A stretch of DNA of 64,000 nucleotides, taken from the NCBI GenBank assembly GCA_000002445.1, contig AL929603.2, positions 640,001 through 704,000 of the forward strand, written 5' to 3'. Positions 43,132 through 53,545 of the stretch are shown one piece after another (the stretch's first letter is position 1; every line of letters starts with the position of its first letter). A program made the position numbers and the translations under genes. The notes below the pieces were generated by a model. That model had not been told where the DNA came from and did no database searches. It saw only the letters and a program-made list of their open reading frames with translations. This DNA is from Trypanosoma brucei (Eukaryota).

Positions 43132-44631
43132 ATGGCCATCGCTCCCGCCCTCCGTGATATGTTGGAGCGGAATACCATTCCACGCCGCCAACTCTTGGGA
43201 AGAAGATATCATGTAGTGACTGATATTGGCAAAGGAATGTTCAGTGAGGCTTTTCTGGTAGAGGACAAGCAGGCAGGCGGGGCACTGGCGGTGGTGAAGT
43301 CTTCAAGGATCGCGCAGGGAAATGCAGAGGGAATGAATAGGGAGCAACAGCTGCGTCTGGCCATTTCCGAGGCCCGCATTATGGCTATGTTCAATGACGA
43401 CGGCGTTGTACGACTCTTGGACTTCTGGTGCGAAGATGGAATTGATAGCATTTGTTTCTTAATGGAATATTGTGCAGGGGGGGACCTAGAGGCGTACCTG
43501 AGGCTCCGGTACCCACTTGCTGAGGGCCTTCTTCTGGTTTTCTTCGTACAGTGTCTCCTTGCTGTGGCGCACATTCACACAAAGGGAGTCATCCACCGGG
43601 ACCTCAAACCCGCCAACATATTGGTCGCAGAGGGGGACAGTGGCAATACCGTACCAACCTTAAAATTGACGGATTTCGGTCTTAGTGCCATGAACAATGC
43701 CGGCACCGCATTGGAGGAGCTCTCCCTCGTCGGCACACCACTGTACATGTCGCCCGAAGTTATACAACATGGAGCATGTGTCTTTGGAAGTGATGTGTGG
43801 AGTCTCGGTGTTGTCTTCTACCGCCTTATAACAAATGAACAGCCATTCAATGCATTGAACCAAAGGGCGTTGCACTTCAGTATCGTCAACACCCAGCCAC
43901 CCCATCCATGTAGTGTAGCGAAGCACTACTCACGCGAGCTCGGCGATCTCGTCATGGTAATGCTGGAGAAGGACATCGCGAAACGACCAACCGCGCGATA
44001 CCTCATCGCCTCGCCACTCTTTGAACGAGTCCTGCAGCGGTCCCCGTGGCGCAGTCGACCACTGCGTGGTGCCACATGTCTCTTCGTGTGTCGTACCGAC
44101 CGAACGGTAAACATCTTAGCGGAACCGCACTTTAGTGCCCCCATTGTGGCGACACTTGGCTTCGGGGAACACGTGTTTGTTTCGAATCGGTTGTGCGTTC
44201 GCACGGTGTTGAAACAGTGTAGCGTCACAGGAGCCGTGACTCGTGCCTTTACGTGGCTTCCGCCGCAGGCAAGCAACGGTGGAAATGGACGCAGTGACGG
44301 CGGTGGCGGCTCAAACCCCCATGCCTTAAACCCTTTCGAATGTTCCCACCGACCAGTCGCCAGGCCGCCGAGGACGATGCAAGTTACTGGTGAGGGTATT
44401 CTTTTGTGGTACCGTGTGGTTGGGCCGCGGGAGGGGTACTGCGCCCCGTCCGAGTGCGGGAGGAATTTGCTCTGGCATGTACATAACTACACTCCCTGTG
44501 GCCCGCTGCCCACTCATCCTGCCCCTGTGACAACGAATCTCCCGCGGCCAGTGAGCCCGGGGTCACCGGACAAGAAACAAACTTGGACCATAGGGCAAAT
44601 AATTTCATCATTGTTTGGCGCACATGGCTGA
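43132..44631 (+). CDS. NEK-family serine/threonine protein kinase, 499 aa
   Basis: The kinase motifs are HRDLKPANILV, DFGLS and GTPLYMSPE (the NEK-type activation segment), with a ~200-aa C-terminal extension. Confidence 0.85.
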   Translation: MAIAPALRDMLERNTIPRRQLLGRRYHVVTDIGKGMFSEAFLVEDKQAGGALAVVKSSRIAQGNAEGMNREQQLRLAISEARIMAMFNDDGVVRLLDFWCEDGIDSICFLMEYCAGGDLEAYLRLRYPLAEGLLLVFFVQCLLAVAHIHTKGVIHRDLKPANILVAEGDSGNTVPTLKLTDFGLSAMNNAGTALEELSLVGTPLYMSPEVIQHGACVFGSDVWSLGVVFYRLITNEQPFNALNQRALHFSIVNTQPPHPCSVAKHYSRELGDLVMVMLEKDIAKRPTARYLIASPLFERVLQRSPWRSRPLRGATCLFVCRTDRTVNILAEPHFSAPIVATLGFGEHVFVSNRLCVRTVLKQCSVTGAVTRAFTWLPPQASNGGNGRSDGGGGSNPHALNPFECSHRPVARPPRTMQVTGEGILLWYRVVGPREGYCAPSECGRNLLWHVHNYTPCGPLPTHPAPVTTNLPRPVSPGSPDKKQTWTIGQIISSLFGAHG

Positions 44632-45097
44632 GTATCTATTCCCATTCCCCTGTCCATCTGCATGCAGTCGCCACAATGGAGCATGCAAATGGTGCCAAGT
44701 CCGGGGTTTCAACTCCATCTCTGTTGAGGGGGTTGGTTGGTTTCAGTCACTCTCTTTTGTTTACTTGCTTGACCGTTTTTCATCTGATGACTATTCTTTT
44801 TTAATTTGTTTTTGTTTTCACCTTCCGCACATCCTGATTGCTATGTTTAGTAACGTGTCACTCAGTTCAGTCTGTGAGCCCGGCGTTCTGGAAAGCGGAA
44901 AGGTGGTGAGCACAATATTTTCGCAGTGAATGAGGGAAGCTACGCAACCACCGTCATTGCACACCCTCGCCACCCCCTTCTGCTTCGTACAGGCAAATGT
45001 GCAGTCAAATGCCCTGTGTCTTTGTATACCGTGTACTTCCCTTTCTTGTTGTTTCTTTTATTCCATTATTGCTTTTCAGCTCTCATCCCAGTGAGTT

Positions 45098-45109
45098 GGG
45101 GGGGGGGGG
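45098..45109. repeat. G12 homopolymer
   Basis: A direct read. Confidence 0.9.
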
Positions 45110-45284
45110 AATCAGTCTGTTACCGAACAGTGCGCCTTTACCCCGAACTAAGCTTTTTTGTTCATTTGCTATTTTCTTTGTTCAAATGAACTGCGTTTAG
45201 GATTGGTTTGTCATACTGTGTGTGAAGAAATGCAGCCCATCTCTCACACTTCTTATCGTCCCGCTTATGCTAAAACATTGTGTC

Positions 45285-45317
<33 letters not shown>
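45285..45317. repeat. (TA)16 microsatellite
   Basis: A direct read. Confidence 0.95.
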
Positions 45318-45334
45318 GCGTGTGACGCAATGCC

Positions 45335-45425
45335 GTTGCGTCTTCTTACTAGTTTACTTCTTCAACACATGTACCTCTACCCCTTTGTTTTTTGTTCTAC
45401 TATTCTTTTCCTTCCCGCCCTCTAG
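45335..45425 (+). promoter_or_regulatory. Polypyrimidine tract, a putative trans-splicing/polyadenylation signal upstream of 45536
   Basis: A direct read of cttcttactagtttacttcttcaacacatgtacctctacccctttgttttttgttctactattcttttccttcccgccctctAG. Confidence 0.45.
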
Positions 45426-45535
45426 CACCCATAGAACCCACAAACCTAGCTTGTAGGTGCATAGGTATCGGTACACGTACAAGTATATAGTACATAAGAA
45501 GGATAGAACAATAGAAACGAATTGTAACCTCGTGG

Positions 45536-46459
45536 GTGCCGATGCATGTTGTGAGTGAAATTCAGCGGCGCCCAAACAAAGCGCGCCTCAAGTCCGAGAA
45601 ATACATTGTGCACTTCTATTCTCTCTGTACACTCGTTCAACTCGTGTGTTTAATAGTTTTTGTGACTCAATTTGACATGGCCTCGAACCGTACCTTCACA
45701 AGCTCCCTGTGGGTCGAAAACCCGTTCGAGTTGGCACCGTCGCTTGTTTGGTTGTCAAAAAGATGCAGCCACAGCGTACAGAATGAGAGAGTGTTCGCCT
45801 TCACCGGCGTGTCGGTGAATATCTCCGATAAAGTCGTTGGAGTGATGTTTGCAGCCCTCGCTACGGAAATGCATGCGACGTTCTTCCTGGCTGTCACTGC
45901 GCTTCTTGTTGGTGCCATCAACCGCTATGCTGTCAAGGCGAACTTTTTTGAGTTTAAGTGGCGTAACTTCAACGTGCGGAAGGACTGTTTCTTCGCAACA
46001 GAAATTGTTCTTATCTCTGCCCTGCTCCATTCCGTCTTACTGGCGGAAGACACACATAGAATGCTCCATGATTACCTTGATCACTGCAACACGAGGTCCA
46101 GGGGCTTCTTGCCATACTGCTCCACAGTGCCAATGATTATTTTCATTACGTTTGCCTTTGCTACGTACTTTTTTGGCTTCTTTGTGTACATGTGGAACGC
46201 ATTGCCCAAGTATGGCATTATGTCAGATGAAGAGGTGGTGGAGTACAGAGAGTGGCTGCGCAGGCGAGAGGAAAGTGTGGCAGAGGTAAAACGCATGGAA
46301 GAGGAAGTCAGGCGGGCGAATACGAGGCTGCAGCTGATGTTGGAAAATGAAAAAAATATGAAATTAGGGAAGTCGACCTACCAGTCCAGGAGGCCGACAA
46401 TCCGCAGGGAGGCTTACGGAAGCAAACAGGGAGACGATGCACAGCAGTGGGGAACATGA
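45536..46459 (+). CDS. Hypothetical multi-pass membrane protein with a C-terminal coiled coil, 307 aa
   Basis: It has several hydrophobic helices (LCTLVQLVCLIVFVTQF, VVGVMFAALATEMHATFFLAVTALLVGAI, IIFITFAFATYFFGFFVYMW) and then a charged heptad segment. An upstream pyrimidine tract is present. Confidence 0.5.
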   Translation: MPMHVVSEIQRRPNKARLKSEKYIVHFYSLCTLVQLVCLIVFVTQFDMASNRTFTSSLWVENPFELAPSLVWLSKRCSHSVQNERVFAFTGVSVNISDKVVGVMFAALATEMHATFFLAVTALLVGAINRYAVKANFFEFKWRNFNVRKDCFFATEIVLISALLHSVLLAEDTHRMLHDYLDHCNTRSRGFLPYCSTVPMIIFITFAFATYFFGFFVYMWNALPKYGIMSDEEVVEYREWLRRREESVAEVKRMEEEVRRANTRLQLMLENEKNMKLGKSTYQSRRPTIRREAYGSKQGDDAQQWGT

Positions 46460-47040
46460 AGGACATCGCATGCTAACTGTAAGGCGTACTATTGAAACTA
46501 TTCCCCTCTTTCCGTTTGTTCTTCCGCAGTTTACTTGTCTCAGTTCTGCAGGCGGGGCTAGGCACATGAACGAGTGATGTCGTGGCGCACTTGCGTCTCC
46601 GTAGAAACGCAGTGCCGAGAGACAGGGATATTTGTGTTTGTCTGCATGGAGGGGTGTTGGGCAGTTCCACATACATGCACACACACACACGCAAACAGTT
46701 ATATCCTCACGTTCATCACCGCATATGTAACGGTTGGTAAATGTGCGTGTCGGACGACCGTGTATGGCCCTTGGTGTATCCTCTCACGTCCATATTAAAG
46801 GGTCTTCTAAAGTCTAAGAAGCTCATGTTTCCTGTTGTTGTTGTTTTGGAGAAGAGGCACTGTTTTGGAAACTTTAAAAGAAAGAGGCGCAAAGGCGTTG
46901 AAGTTGTATCGATACGGTGCGGAGTAAATAGAGTATAAAGCATTGAGATATACCGGAAGCAAAAAAAAAGGGGAAAATAAGCAATGAGATTTGAAAGATA
47001 GTTTTCATATACCTTCCCACGGGGTCTGCTCGCATCAAAA

Positions 47041-47200
47041 AGAGTGCCCCTTCTTTATTCCCTCTTCCTCTTCATTTGTCTACTGTTTGTCGCTATCCCC
47101 TCGAATGCATGCAAATGCCACTCGCGTCTTCCCTCGCTCACTACTCTCATTCACGCTTTATTTTTCCTCCTACCGTATTTCATCCTTTACTGCTACCGAC
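47041..47200 (+). promoter_or_regulatory. Polypyrimidine tract upstream of the CHORD gene
   Basis: A direct read of a C/T-rich 160-nt stretch. Confidence 0.4.
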
Positions 47201-47329
47201 GTGTCAGGCACATATACGCACGATCATCCGTGGCCCACTGAAGAGGCGGGGAAAACAAATCGCAACAGCAAGAGGGAAAAAATAAATTAATAAATAAAAC
47301 ACCAACATAGGCGTACCTGTCACTCACGT

Positions 47330-48253
47330 TTGTCAATGAAGGTTTATTTCACATACGAGGGCAAGGACGCCAACGGCGTTGTGGTGGACACAACTATTGT
47401 GGAGGCATACAAGTTGAAGGTGGATATCCCATCCAAATGGCTCAGTGGGCCATGCAAACAGCTGCTGCAATTTGTAGTCACAACATATAACAAGAAAGAC
47501 CCGGAGCAGCAGTTGAACCCAGAGGAACTCAGCATGTGGCTTGGTAATGTGGAACTAAAACCAACAGATATTGTGGAGAGTCGAATTAATGAGTACAACG
47601 ATATCCGTATCGTACACACACCGAAGGGACGGTCGGGACAAAATCAGCAACCAGAAGGTTCCATCATATGTACCAACTATGGCTGCGGCCAGTATTTTCT
47701 TCCAGGGGAAAATAACGACACAGCCTGCAAACACCACAAGGAGCCACCTGTCTTTCACGACATTGAGAAGTACTGGCGCTGCTGCACATCACGGCGGGCG
47801 CGCGATTGGGAAGAGTTTAAGGCGATTCCGGCCTGTTGCACGGGGCCACATAGCACAGAAAACCAAGCCGTTTCATTTGCAAGTGCCCCCGTAGCGAATG
47901 TGCCTCTCGCCTCTGGTCAAGCCGCTGCCATCACGGGGGTTAATAATGCCACAGCAGGGGCACCAGCGGAGCGCCGTACAACAGGGCCACGTGAATTCGA
48001 GGCCGCGGTACGCGAGAAGCGGCGGGATGAACCGCAGGCCGTTGTGGATGGAAAGGCAAAGTGCCGTAACTTCGGCTGCCAGCAAGAGTTTATTGTGGCA
48101 GATAACCACCCAACGGCATGCCGTTACCACAGTGAGGGCCCCGTGTTTTGGGACACATATAGGTATTGGAAGTGTTGCCCAGACAAAAAGTGTTTCGACT
48201 TTGATGACTTCGTAAAGGTTCCCGGATGCAGCGTAGGGCCGCACCTGCTGTAA
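47330..48253 (+). CDS. CHORD-domain protein (two CHORD Zn-binding domains; Rar1/Chp-1/melusin-like), 307 aa
   Basis: There are two Cys/His-rich CHORD motifs: CTNYGCGQYF...CKHHKEPPVFHD..YWRCC...CCTGPH and CRNFGCQQEF...CRYHSEGPVFWD..YWKCC...GCSVGPH. Confidence 0.8.
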   Translation: MSMKVYFTYEGKDANGVVVDTTIVEAYKLKVDIPSKWLSGPCKQLLQFVVTTYNKKDPEQQLNPEELSMWLGNVELKPTDIVESRINEYNDIRIVHTPKGRSGQNQQPEGSIICTNYGCGQYFLPGENNDTACKHHKEPPVFHDIEKYWRCCTSRRARDWEEFKAIPACCTGPHSTENQAVSFASAPVANVPLASGQAAAITGVNNATAGAPAERRTTGPREFEAAVREKRRDEPQAVVDGKAKCRNFGCQQEFIVADNHPTACRYHSEGPVFWDTYRYWKCCPDKKCFDFDDFVKVPGCSVGPHLL

Positions 48254-48303
48254 CCCAGTTCACGATCGATGATACACTTGCCGTCTTTGAGAAGCTTCTG
48301 GTT

Positions 48304-48352
48304 GTGTTTGTGTGTGTGTGCGTGCGTGCGTGCGTGTGTGTGTGTGTGTATA
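48304..48352. repeat. (TG)n/(GCGT)n compound microsatellite in the 3' flank of the CHORD gene
   Basis: A direct read of gtgtgtgtgtgcgtgcgtgcgtgcgtgtgtgtgtgtgtgt. Confidence 0.9.
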
Positions 48353-48962
48353 TGCTTGTGAAGGAGCAAGCAAATGACACAATGCCTCTGGAAACGACAT
48401 CAAAAGGCTGATTGGTGGCTACTTGTTTTAGCATGGAGGGGATCACTTGTGTAAACGAAAGTTACAGTAACACATCTGATTAAAAAATGGCGTGAACCCC
48501 AGGAAAGAAAGGAGGGATGCCCCTTAGCGTGTTAGTATTCCCGCCGGCCCTGAAATGCATTCACGACTTTACTGAGTACTTTGCTGTAAAAAAAAAAAAA
48601 AGGAGCCAGTAACACAGAGAAGGGATGTCTCGAAAGGACAGATGCGTCCACTACCGTTGCTGTGGCGCCTCACCTAATGATAAACGGGCATCGGTGCCTG
48701 CACATAGGTACGCGAAAAAAGACTTAATTACTATTGGTATTATCGTGGGCAGCGGACTCAAGCACGAAGACCGGTTCCGTGTTTATTCTTTCCTCGCCCT
48801 ATACACATCTTCCACAGCGATTTTGTGTCACTAAATGTTATCTTTCACACCCCACAATTATGTACATTTATATATTATTATTATTATTTATTTTTTCTCG
48901 TCACCTCTCCCTTCACGTGCTTACATCGCACAGCGCCGTAGGAGCACGAAAGCCCATCGCCG

Positions 48963-49487
48963 ATGGCCGACAAGCAGGAGAACTACGCACGCACAGCGAC
49001 CGTCGATCTGACGGTGCAGCACGAGAAGGCCTACCAGCGCCAGACGGCCGTCAATGAGAACATTCGCACGGCCTCGAAGAAGCACGTGAACCGCAGCGGG
49101 CACATTCGTTACTCCAAGAAGATCGGTCTCGGTTTCGCCACGCCCAAAGCTGCCATCAACGGAAAGTACATTGACCGCAAATGTCCCTTCACGAGCAATG
49201 TGTCCATTCGTGGCCGTATCCTCCGTGGCGTAGTGCACTCCACAAAGATGCGCCGTTCCATTGTCATCCGCCGTAACTACCTGCACTTCATCCGTAAGTA
49301 CCAGCGTTACCAGAAGCGCCACCGCAATATTACCGTCCACTGCAGCCCCTGCTTCGATCCGAAGCCTGGTGATGAGGTGGTGGTTGGACAATGCCGCCCG
49401 TTGAGCAAAACAATCCGCTATAACGTGCTGCAGGTCGTCTCCAAGTCCGCCGCCGATAAGATGGGGAAGAAGTTTTCCAAGAACTGA
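48963..49487 (+). CDS. RPS11: 40S ribosomal protein S11 (uS17), 174 aa
   Basis: Near-canonical uS17 sequence: [80 protein letters not shown]. Confidence 0.9.
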   Translation: MADKQENYARTATVDLTVQHEKAYQRQTAVNENIRTASKKHVNRSGHIRYSKKIGLGFATPKAAINGKYIDRKCPFTSNVSIRGRILRGVVHSTKMRRSIVIRRNYLHFIRKYQRYQKRHRNITVHCSPCFDPKPGDEVVVGQCRPLSKTIRYNVLQVVSKSAADKMGKKFSKN

Positions 49488-49688
49488 GGTTGCAGATGTG
49501 GAATCAGCGGTGTCACGCTTACGACCGCAGGGGCTGTGACGGAATTTGTCTCGGCGCTATAGTCATATGGATGAAGGAAGGAATTAGGGGCCAAAGAGAG
49601 GGGAAAGAAAGGGACGGTAGAAGCAGCAGCTGTATACCAATCGGAGTGGCGTGGTTGCACATGGTATCTCACTCACTCCAATGGGCAA

Positions 49689-49800
49689 ATGCTCTTGTTT
49701 CACGTACCCTGCACATTTTACACCCTTTCTCCTTGCTTGGTAACTCTTTCCTTTCCTCCTTTCATTTTCATTTTCATTTTTTATAACTGTTTACTTGTTG
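49689..49800 (+). promoter_or_regulatory. Strong polypyrimidine tract between S11 and the SGT1-like gene
   Basis: A direct read of ctcttgtttcacgtaccctgcacattttacaccctttctccttgcttggtaactctttcctttcctcctttcattttcattttcattttttat. Confidence 0.5.
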
Positions 49801-50154
49801 GGCCGCTGATTAGCACCGGCAATGAAAGAAACAAAAGGAGGAGGGCAACTCCGTTGGTTCTTTCTTTGCTGGAGAATCCACTACAAGTGCTCTACAGTGT
49901 CACTCGCTACAAGGCAAATTTTCTTCGAAAAGTTCCCTTGCTTACTTCCCTTTTACCTCGCCTTCTCACTTTCTGCGAAGGTTCGCTTTAACTTGCCAGT
50001 ACGCTTGTGAAGCGGTTGACGGTTATTACAAGGTTTATTATATCCCCCCAGAGTCGAAGCGAAAGCGCTAAAGCAAGCAAAGGTACATCAAGAAACAAGC
50101 TGTAAAAGCACAGGCACGGGTATATATAGATATATACACAAAAATATCTAAAAG

Positions 50155-50820
50155 ATGGACGCATCCAGTGCCGCTACAACAAAACCCTTCCAAGGCAACG
50201 TCCGCTGCGAATGGTTCCAGACCCCCTCGCAGGTCACGTTCACCTTCTACGTGAAGGAGCGTCAAAGGGGTGATGTGCGTGCAGACGTGACTGAGCAGTC
50301 ACTCACCGTTTCGATCCGCCTCGACCCCTCCGGCCGTGAATATCAGTATAATGTCGAGCGCTTCTACGCCCCGTTGGCGGAGGCGTCCGCTACTATTAAT
50401 ATCAGTGGCATGAAGGTGGAAGTTCAAGTCCGCAAGGCCGTTGAACAGCAATGGCCGACACTTGAAGCTCCGGAAGACGACGTGGTTTTGCCCAGCACCT
50501 CAGGAGGAACCCCAACAACCTCCACCATTGCTGGTCTGCCAGCCACCGCAAAGGACTTGCCGTATCCGAACAGCCGCGGCCGCGACTGGAGTGCTGTAAA
50601 ACTTGATGACGATGATGAAAAACCAGAAGGGGACCAAGCACTGAACGCGCTTTTCCAGAAGATTTACGGCAACGGCACAGACGAGCAGCGCCGGGCCATG
50701 ATGAAGTCCTTCGTGGAAAGCAACGGCACGGTGCTTTCCACGAACTGGGCTGACGTTGGAAACCGGCACGTAACCACAGAACCACCCACCGGAATGGAAG
50801 AAAAGAAGTACGAAGGCTAA
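50155..50820 (+). CDS. SGT1: SGT1-like co-chaperone with CS and SGS domains and no TPR domain, 221 aa
   Basis: The C-terminal SGS domain is almost colinear with human SGT1 (DWSAV...EGDQALNALFQKIYGNGTDEQRRAMMKSFVESNGTVLSTNWADVG). The N-terminal ~90 aa have CS/p23-like beta-sandwich character (VRCEWFQTPSQVTFTFYVKE). Confidence 0.75.
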   Translation: MDASSAATTKPFQGNVRCEWFQTPSQVTFTFYVKERQRGDVRADVTEQSLTVSIRLDPSGREYQYNVERFYAPLAEASATINISGMKVEVQVRKAVEQQWPTLEAPEDDVVLPSTSGGTPTTSTIAGLPATAKDLPYPNSRGRDWSAVKLDDDDEKPEGDQALNALFQKIYGNGTDEQRRAMMKSFVESNGTVLSTNWADVGNRHVTTEPPTGMEEKKYEG

Positions 50821-51772
50821 ACAGAATGCAGGAGGAGGCTAATGAAAGCGAGCGACGACGGGAAGGATTCAAAGTAAATGTGCAAATGCATCCCTCTTTC
50901 CCCAACCCACAACCCTCCATCCTCCACCCTCCGCCCTCCGCCATCAGGTTAATTGCAAAGGCAAAAGGGGGGTAGAAAACAGAGAACAGACATCAGTTGG
51001 GTGTGGTGGCAAAACGATAACGGGGGATCAGGGACATGGCGAAAGGGAAAGGGATTGCAGGAACACTCTCAAGGAAATTGGCGCCACGCGTGAACTATCA
51101 GCATCATCAGGTGTACTCCAATGTTCCAGAGGATAAGCTTATTGGGACCGTTTCCCATGGACGCAAGTTGCCACACTTATTATTATTATATTCACTACTA
51201 TTATTACAACTGGCACTGCCAGTTAGTCCATACTTTATCATACTTGGAAGTCCCTCACTATCGCTGTGTCACCACCTTTTCCACTGTCTCGCAAACTTAA
51301 TTTCACACTCCATGTGCACGAATTGGACTTGCATTTTCTCTGTTCTCTTCTCACCCACTAAGCCTCATACACACGTCATCAGATAGAAGGATAGAAAATG
51401 CGCCGTTACGACGATCCGCTCCGAGGGGGGTCGTCTTCTCTTAGCTGTGGTTTATTCGGTGTTATATTTGTTTATATTTGAATGTGGACACATGAATCAT
51501 ATCATACACGTCTCCATAATACCAGCCAATAAGGATCCGTATCATTTTTTTTTTCCTCGTTCCCCTGTCTCAAATGTCTCTCTTCCTTCTTTCACTTTGC
51601 CTATTTGTGCATTATCTTTTCCACTGCCCCTTTTAGTCCCTCTCCTTTGCCTGCCTTGCCCGCCCTCCCCTCCTCCGAGGGCCCTGCCGTGCCTTTTTTC
51701 TTTGCGAAAGATAGGGAATAGTTCGCGAGGTGGAGACGGATACATATATATATACGAAAAGAGCAGACTATT

Positions 51773-53398
51773 TTGCATTCGAAATTGTCTAAGCTTATGG
51801 TGCTGTCCGCCGCAATAGAGAAGCGGCAGCATCCCACAGAGCAGGGAGGAGAAGAGATGCAGTGGATGGGTTCTTCCCCGAGGTGTCCCTCATCGGTGGA
51901 AGCATGTCGCAGGATTTGCATCGGGGAAGGGTTGGCCAACAATGACGTGCGTATTAGCGGTTGGTTACTGCTCTGTGTGTCAAATACCAAAGAAGCAACG
52001 ACATCCCCATTGAGCAAGTTTGATAGCGCAGCCAACAAAGGATGCGGCACGAAACTTAACAATGATGTTGATGATGGTGACAGCAGCGGCAGCAATCGCG
52101 CAGAAGTGGGTGGCAACGGAAATGCAAGTAGCATGAAAAGCGATCTCCATGATTCTGTTAGTCGAAGCGAAGCACCAGCAGGGACGACTAACACATCCAG
52201 CTCGTCACTGAGTGAAACGCATGGTGACAGTGCCGTTGTATCGAAGCGGAAAGAAAAGCCGGTGGATGAAGATGTTGATGCGAAGGACCATGTGGAAGAA
52301 GGGTATGGAGATTCAGCACAACCGGTTGATGCCTTAGAGGAAAGTAGCACAATTTCTGACAGTTGGGGTGCGGATCTCCCAGCAAACTGCCACGCACGTG
52401 TTATAGTGGCCGATGTAAAGCGTTCTCTCTGGAAGTTGTACCCCAATGAAACTGTGCGGGAGAAAAAAAGGAAGATGCTATGCAACATCCTTGCACAAAT
52501 CCTCTCCAATAACCCCGAGCGGCACTACTACCAGGGACTGCACGAAATGGTCGGGTTTGTTATGTACGTGATGGAGGGAGCGAGGGAGGCTGACATAGTG
52601 GCCGTATGCAGCAGACTGTTGGTACAACAGTGGCGTTCCTTTAGTTGCAAACAGCTTGAAAGGTCACAGTCAATGATGTATGCCATGCATACCATAGTGG
52701 TGAAGGAGGAGAAAATCCTCGCTGAAGAATTGGAGGCTTGTAGTGTGGGACCTGAGTCGCACTACGCTATGCCATGGCTCATCACATGGTACACCCACGT
52801 GTGTGACGATGTTGAAGCTCTTAGCCGGTTGTTTGACTTTCTGGTGGCAAGTGAAGACGAGAACACTGTCATCTTTTTTACAGCGGCCCTCATGCTACAC
52901 GAAAGGGAACAAATTATTGGTATAATCAAAGAAGTTAAAAGTAGTTGCTGCGATTGTGACGACAGCGACGGAACGGCTACAGCTGAGGAAATAAATAAGA
53001 CGCTGGTGATGGCGCAAGTTTACTCCAGACTGGTGAGGTTACCGAAGGAGGTACTGAGGCGCGACAGGGCCAGAGACCTTGAAAGTATAATCCGTCGCGC
53101 CACCGTGCTACATGAAAAGTACCTAAGTTACGCGAATGACGTTCGTGGACGCTTCATGCGTAACATCGTGTCTGTTTCAACCACATCAGACAGCAGCGGG
53201 AAATGGCACCAATGCAAGCGTTGGTTGCGCTTCTCTTTGGAACGACGTTGGGTAAATGCGGGATTCATCTGCATCATTGCAATATTTGCTTTTTGGTATA
53301 GGGAGTCGACTTCAAGGGGTGTCACACTGTTGGGGAATTGGATAACTGACCTTTACACAGTGTCATGTAGCATAAGATCTTCAGTTTTCACAGTTTGA
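51773..53398 (+). CDS. TBC-domain Rab GTPase-activating protein, 541 aa
   Basis: The Arg-finger motif IVADVKRS (IxxDxxR) and the Gln-finger motif YYQGLHEMVGF (YxQ) are present with the correct spacing. The N-terminal ~200 aa are Ser/Asp-rich and low-complexity. Confidence 0.7.
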   Translation: MHSKLSKLMVLSAAIEKRQHPTEQGGEEMQWMGSSPRCPSSVEACRRICIGEGLANNDVRISGWLLLCVSNTKEATTSPLSKFDSAANKGCGTKLNNDVDDGDSSGSNRAEVGGNGNASSMKSDLHDSVSRSEAPAGTTNTSSSSLSETHGDSAVVSKRKEKPVDEDVDAKDHVEEGYGDSAQPVDALEESSTISDSWGADLPANCHARVIVADVKRSLWKLYPNETVREKKRKMLCNILAQILSNNPERHYYQGLHEMVGFVMYVMEGAREADIVAVCSRLLVQQWRSFSCKQLERSQSMMYAMHTIVVKEEKILAEELEACSVGPESHYAMPWLITWYTHVCDDVEALSRLFDFLVASEDENTVIFFTAALMLHEREQIIGIIKEVKSSCCDCDDSDGTATAEEINKTLVMAQVYSRLVRLPKEVLRRDRARDLESIIRRATVLHEKYLSYANDVRGRFMRNIVSVSTTSDSSGKWHQCKRWLRFSLERRWVNAGFICIIAIFAFWYRESTSRGVTLLGNWITDLYTVSCSIRSSVFTV

Positions 53399-53439
53399 TG
53401 TATACTCGGTCTCACCCACACATACTTCGTCATGTCATA

Positions 53440-53545
53440 TCATTCCCTCAAATTTCCCCTCCCCTCCCCTCCACCTGCTTATTGCTACTATTATTACTAT
53501 TGTTGTTTCTGCTGTTCTTGTTGTTAGCGGTACTGGTGATGGTGG
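53440..53545 (+). promoter_or_regulatory. Polypyrimidine tract upstream of the AAA gene
   Basis: A direct read of ccctcaaatttcccctcccctcccctccacctgcttattgctactattattactattgttgtttctgctgttcttgttgtt. Confidence 0.4.

Noticed and set aside
51601-52509. A 302-aa minus-strand ORF overlapping the TBC RabGAP gene and its upstream spacer
   Set aside because: It is antisense to the polycistron with a low-complexity Ser/Leu/Ala-rich translation. The plus-strand ORF carries both TBC catalytic fingers.
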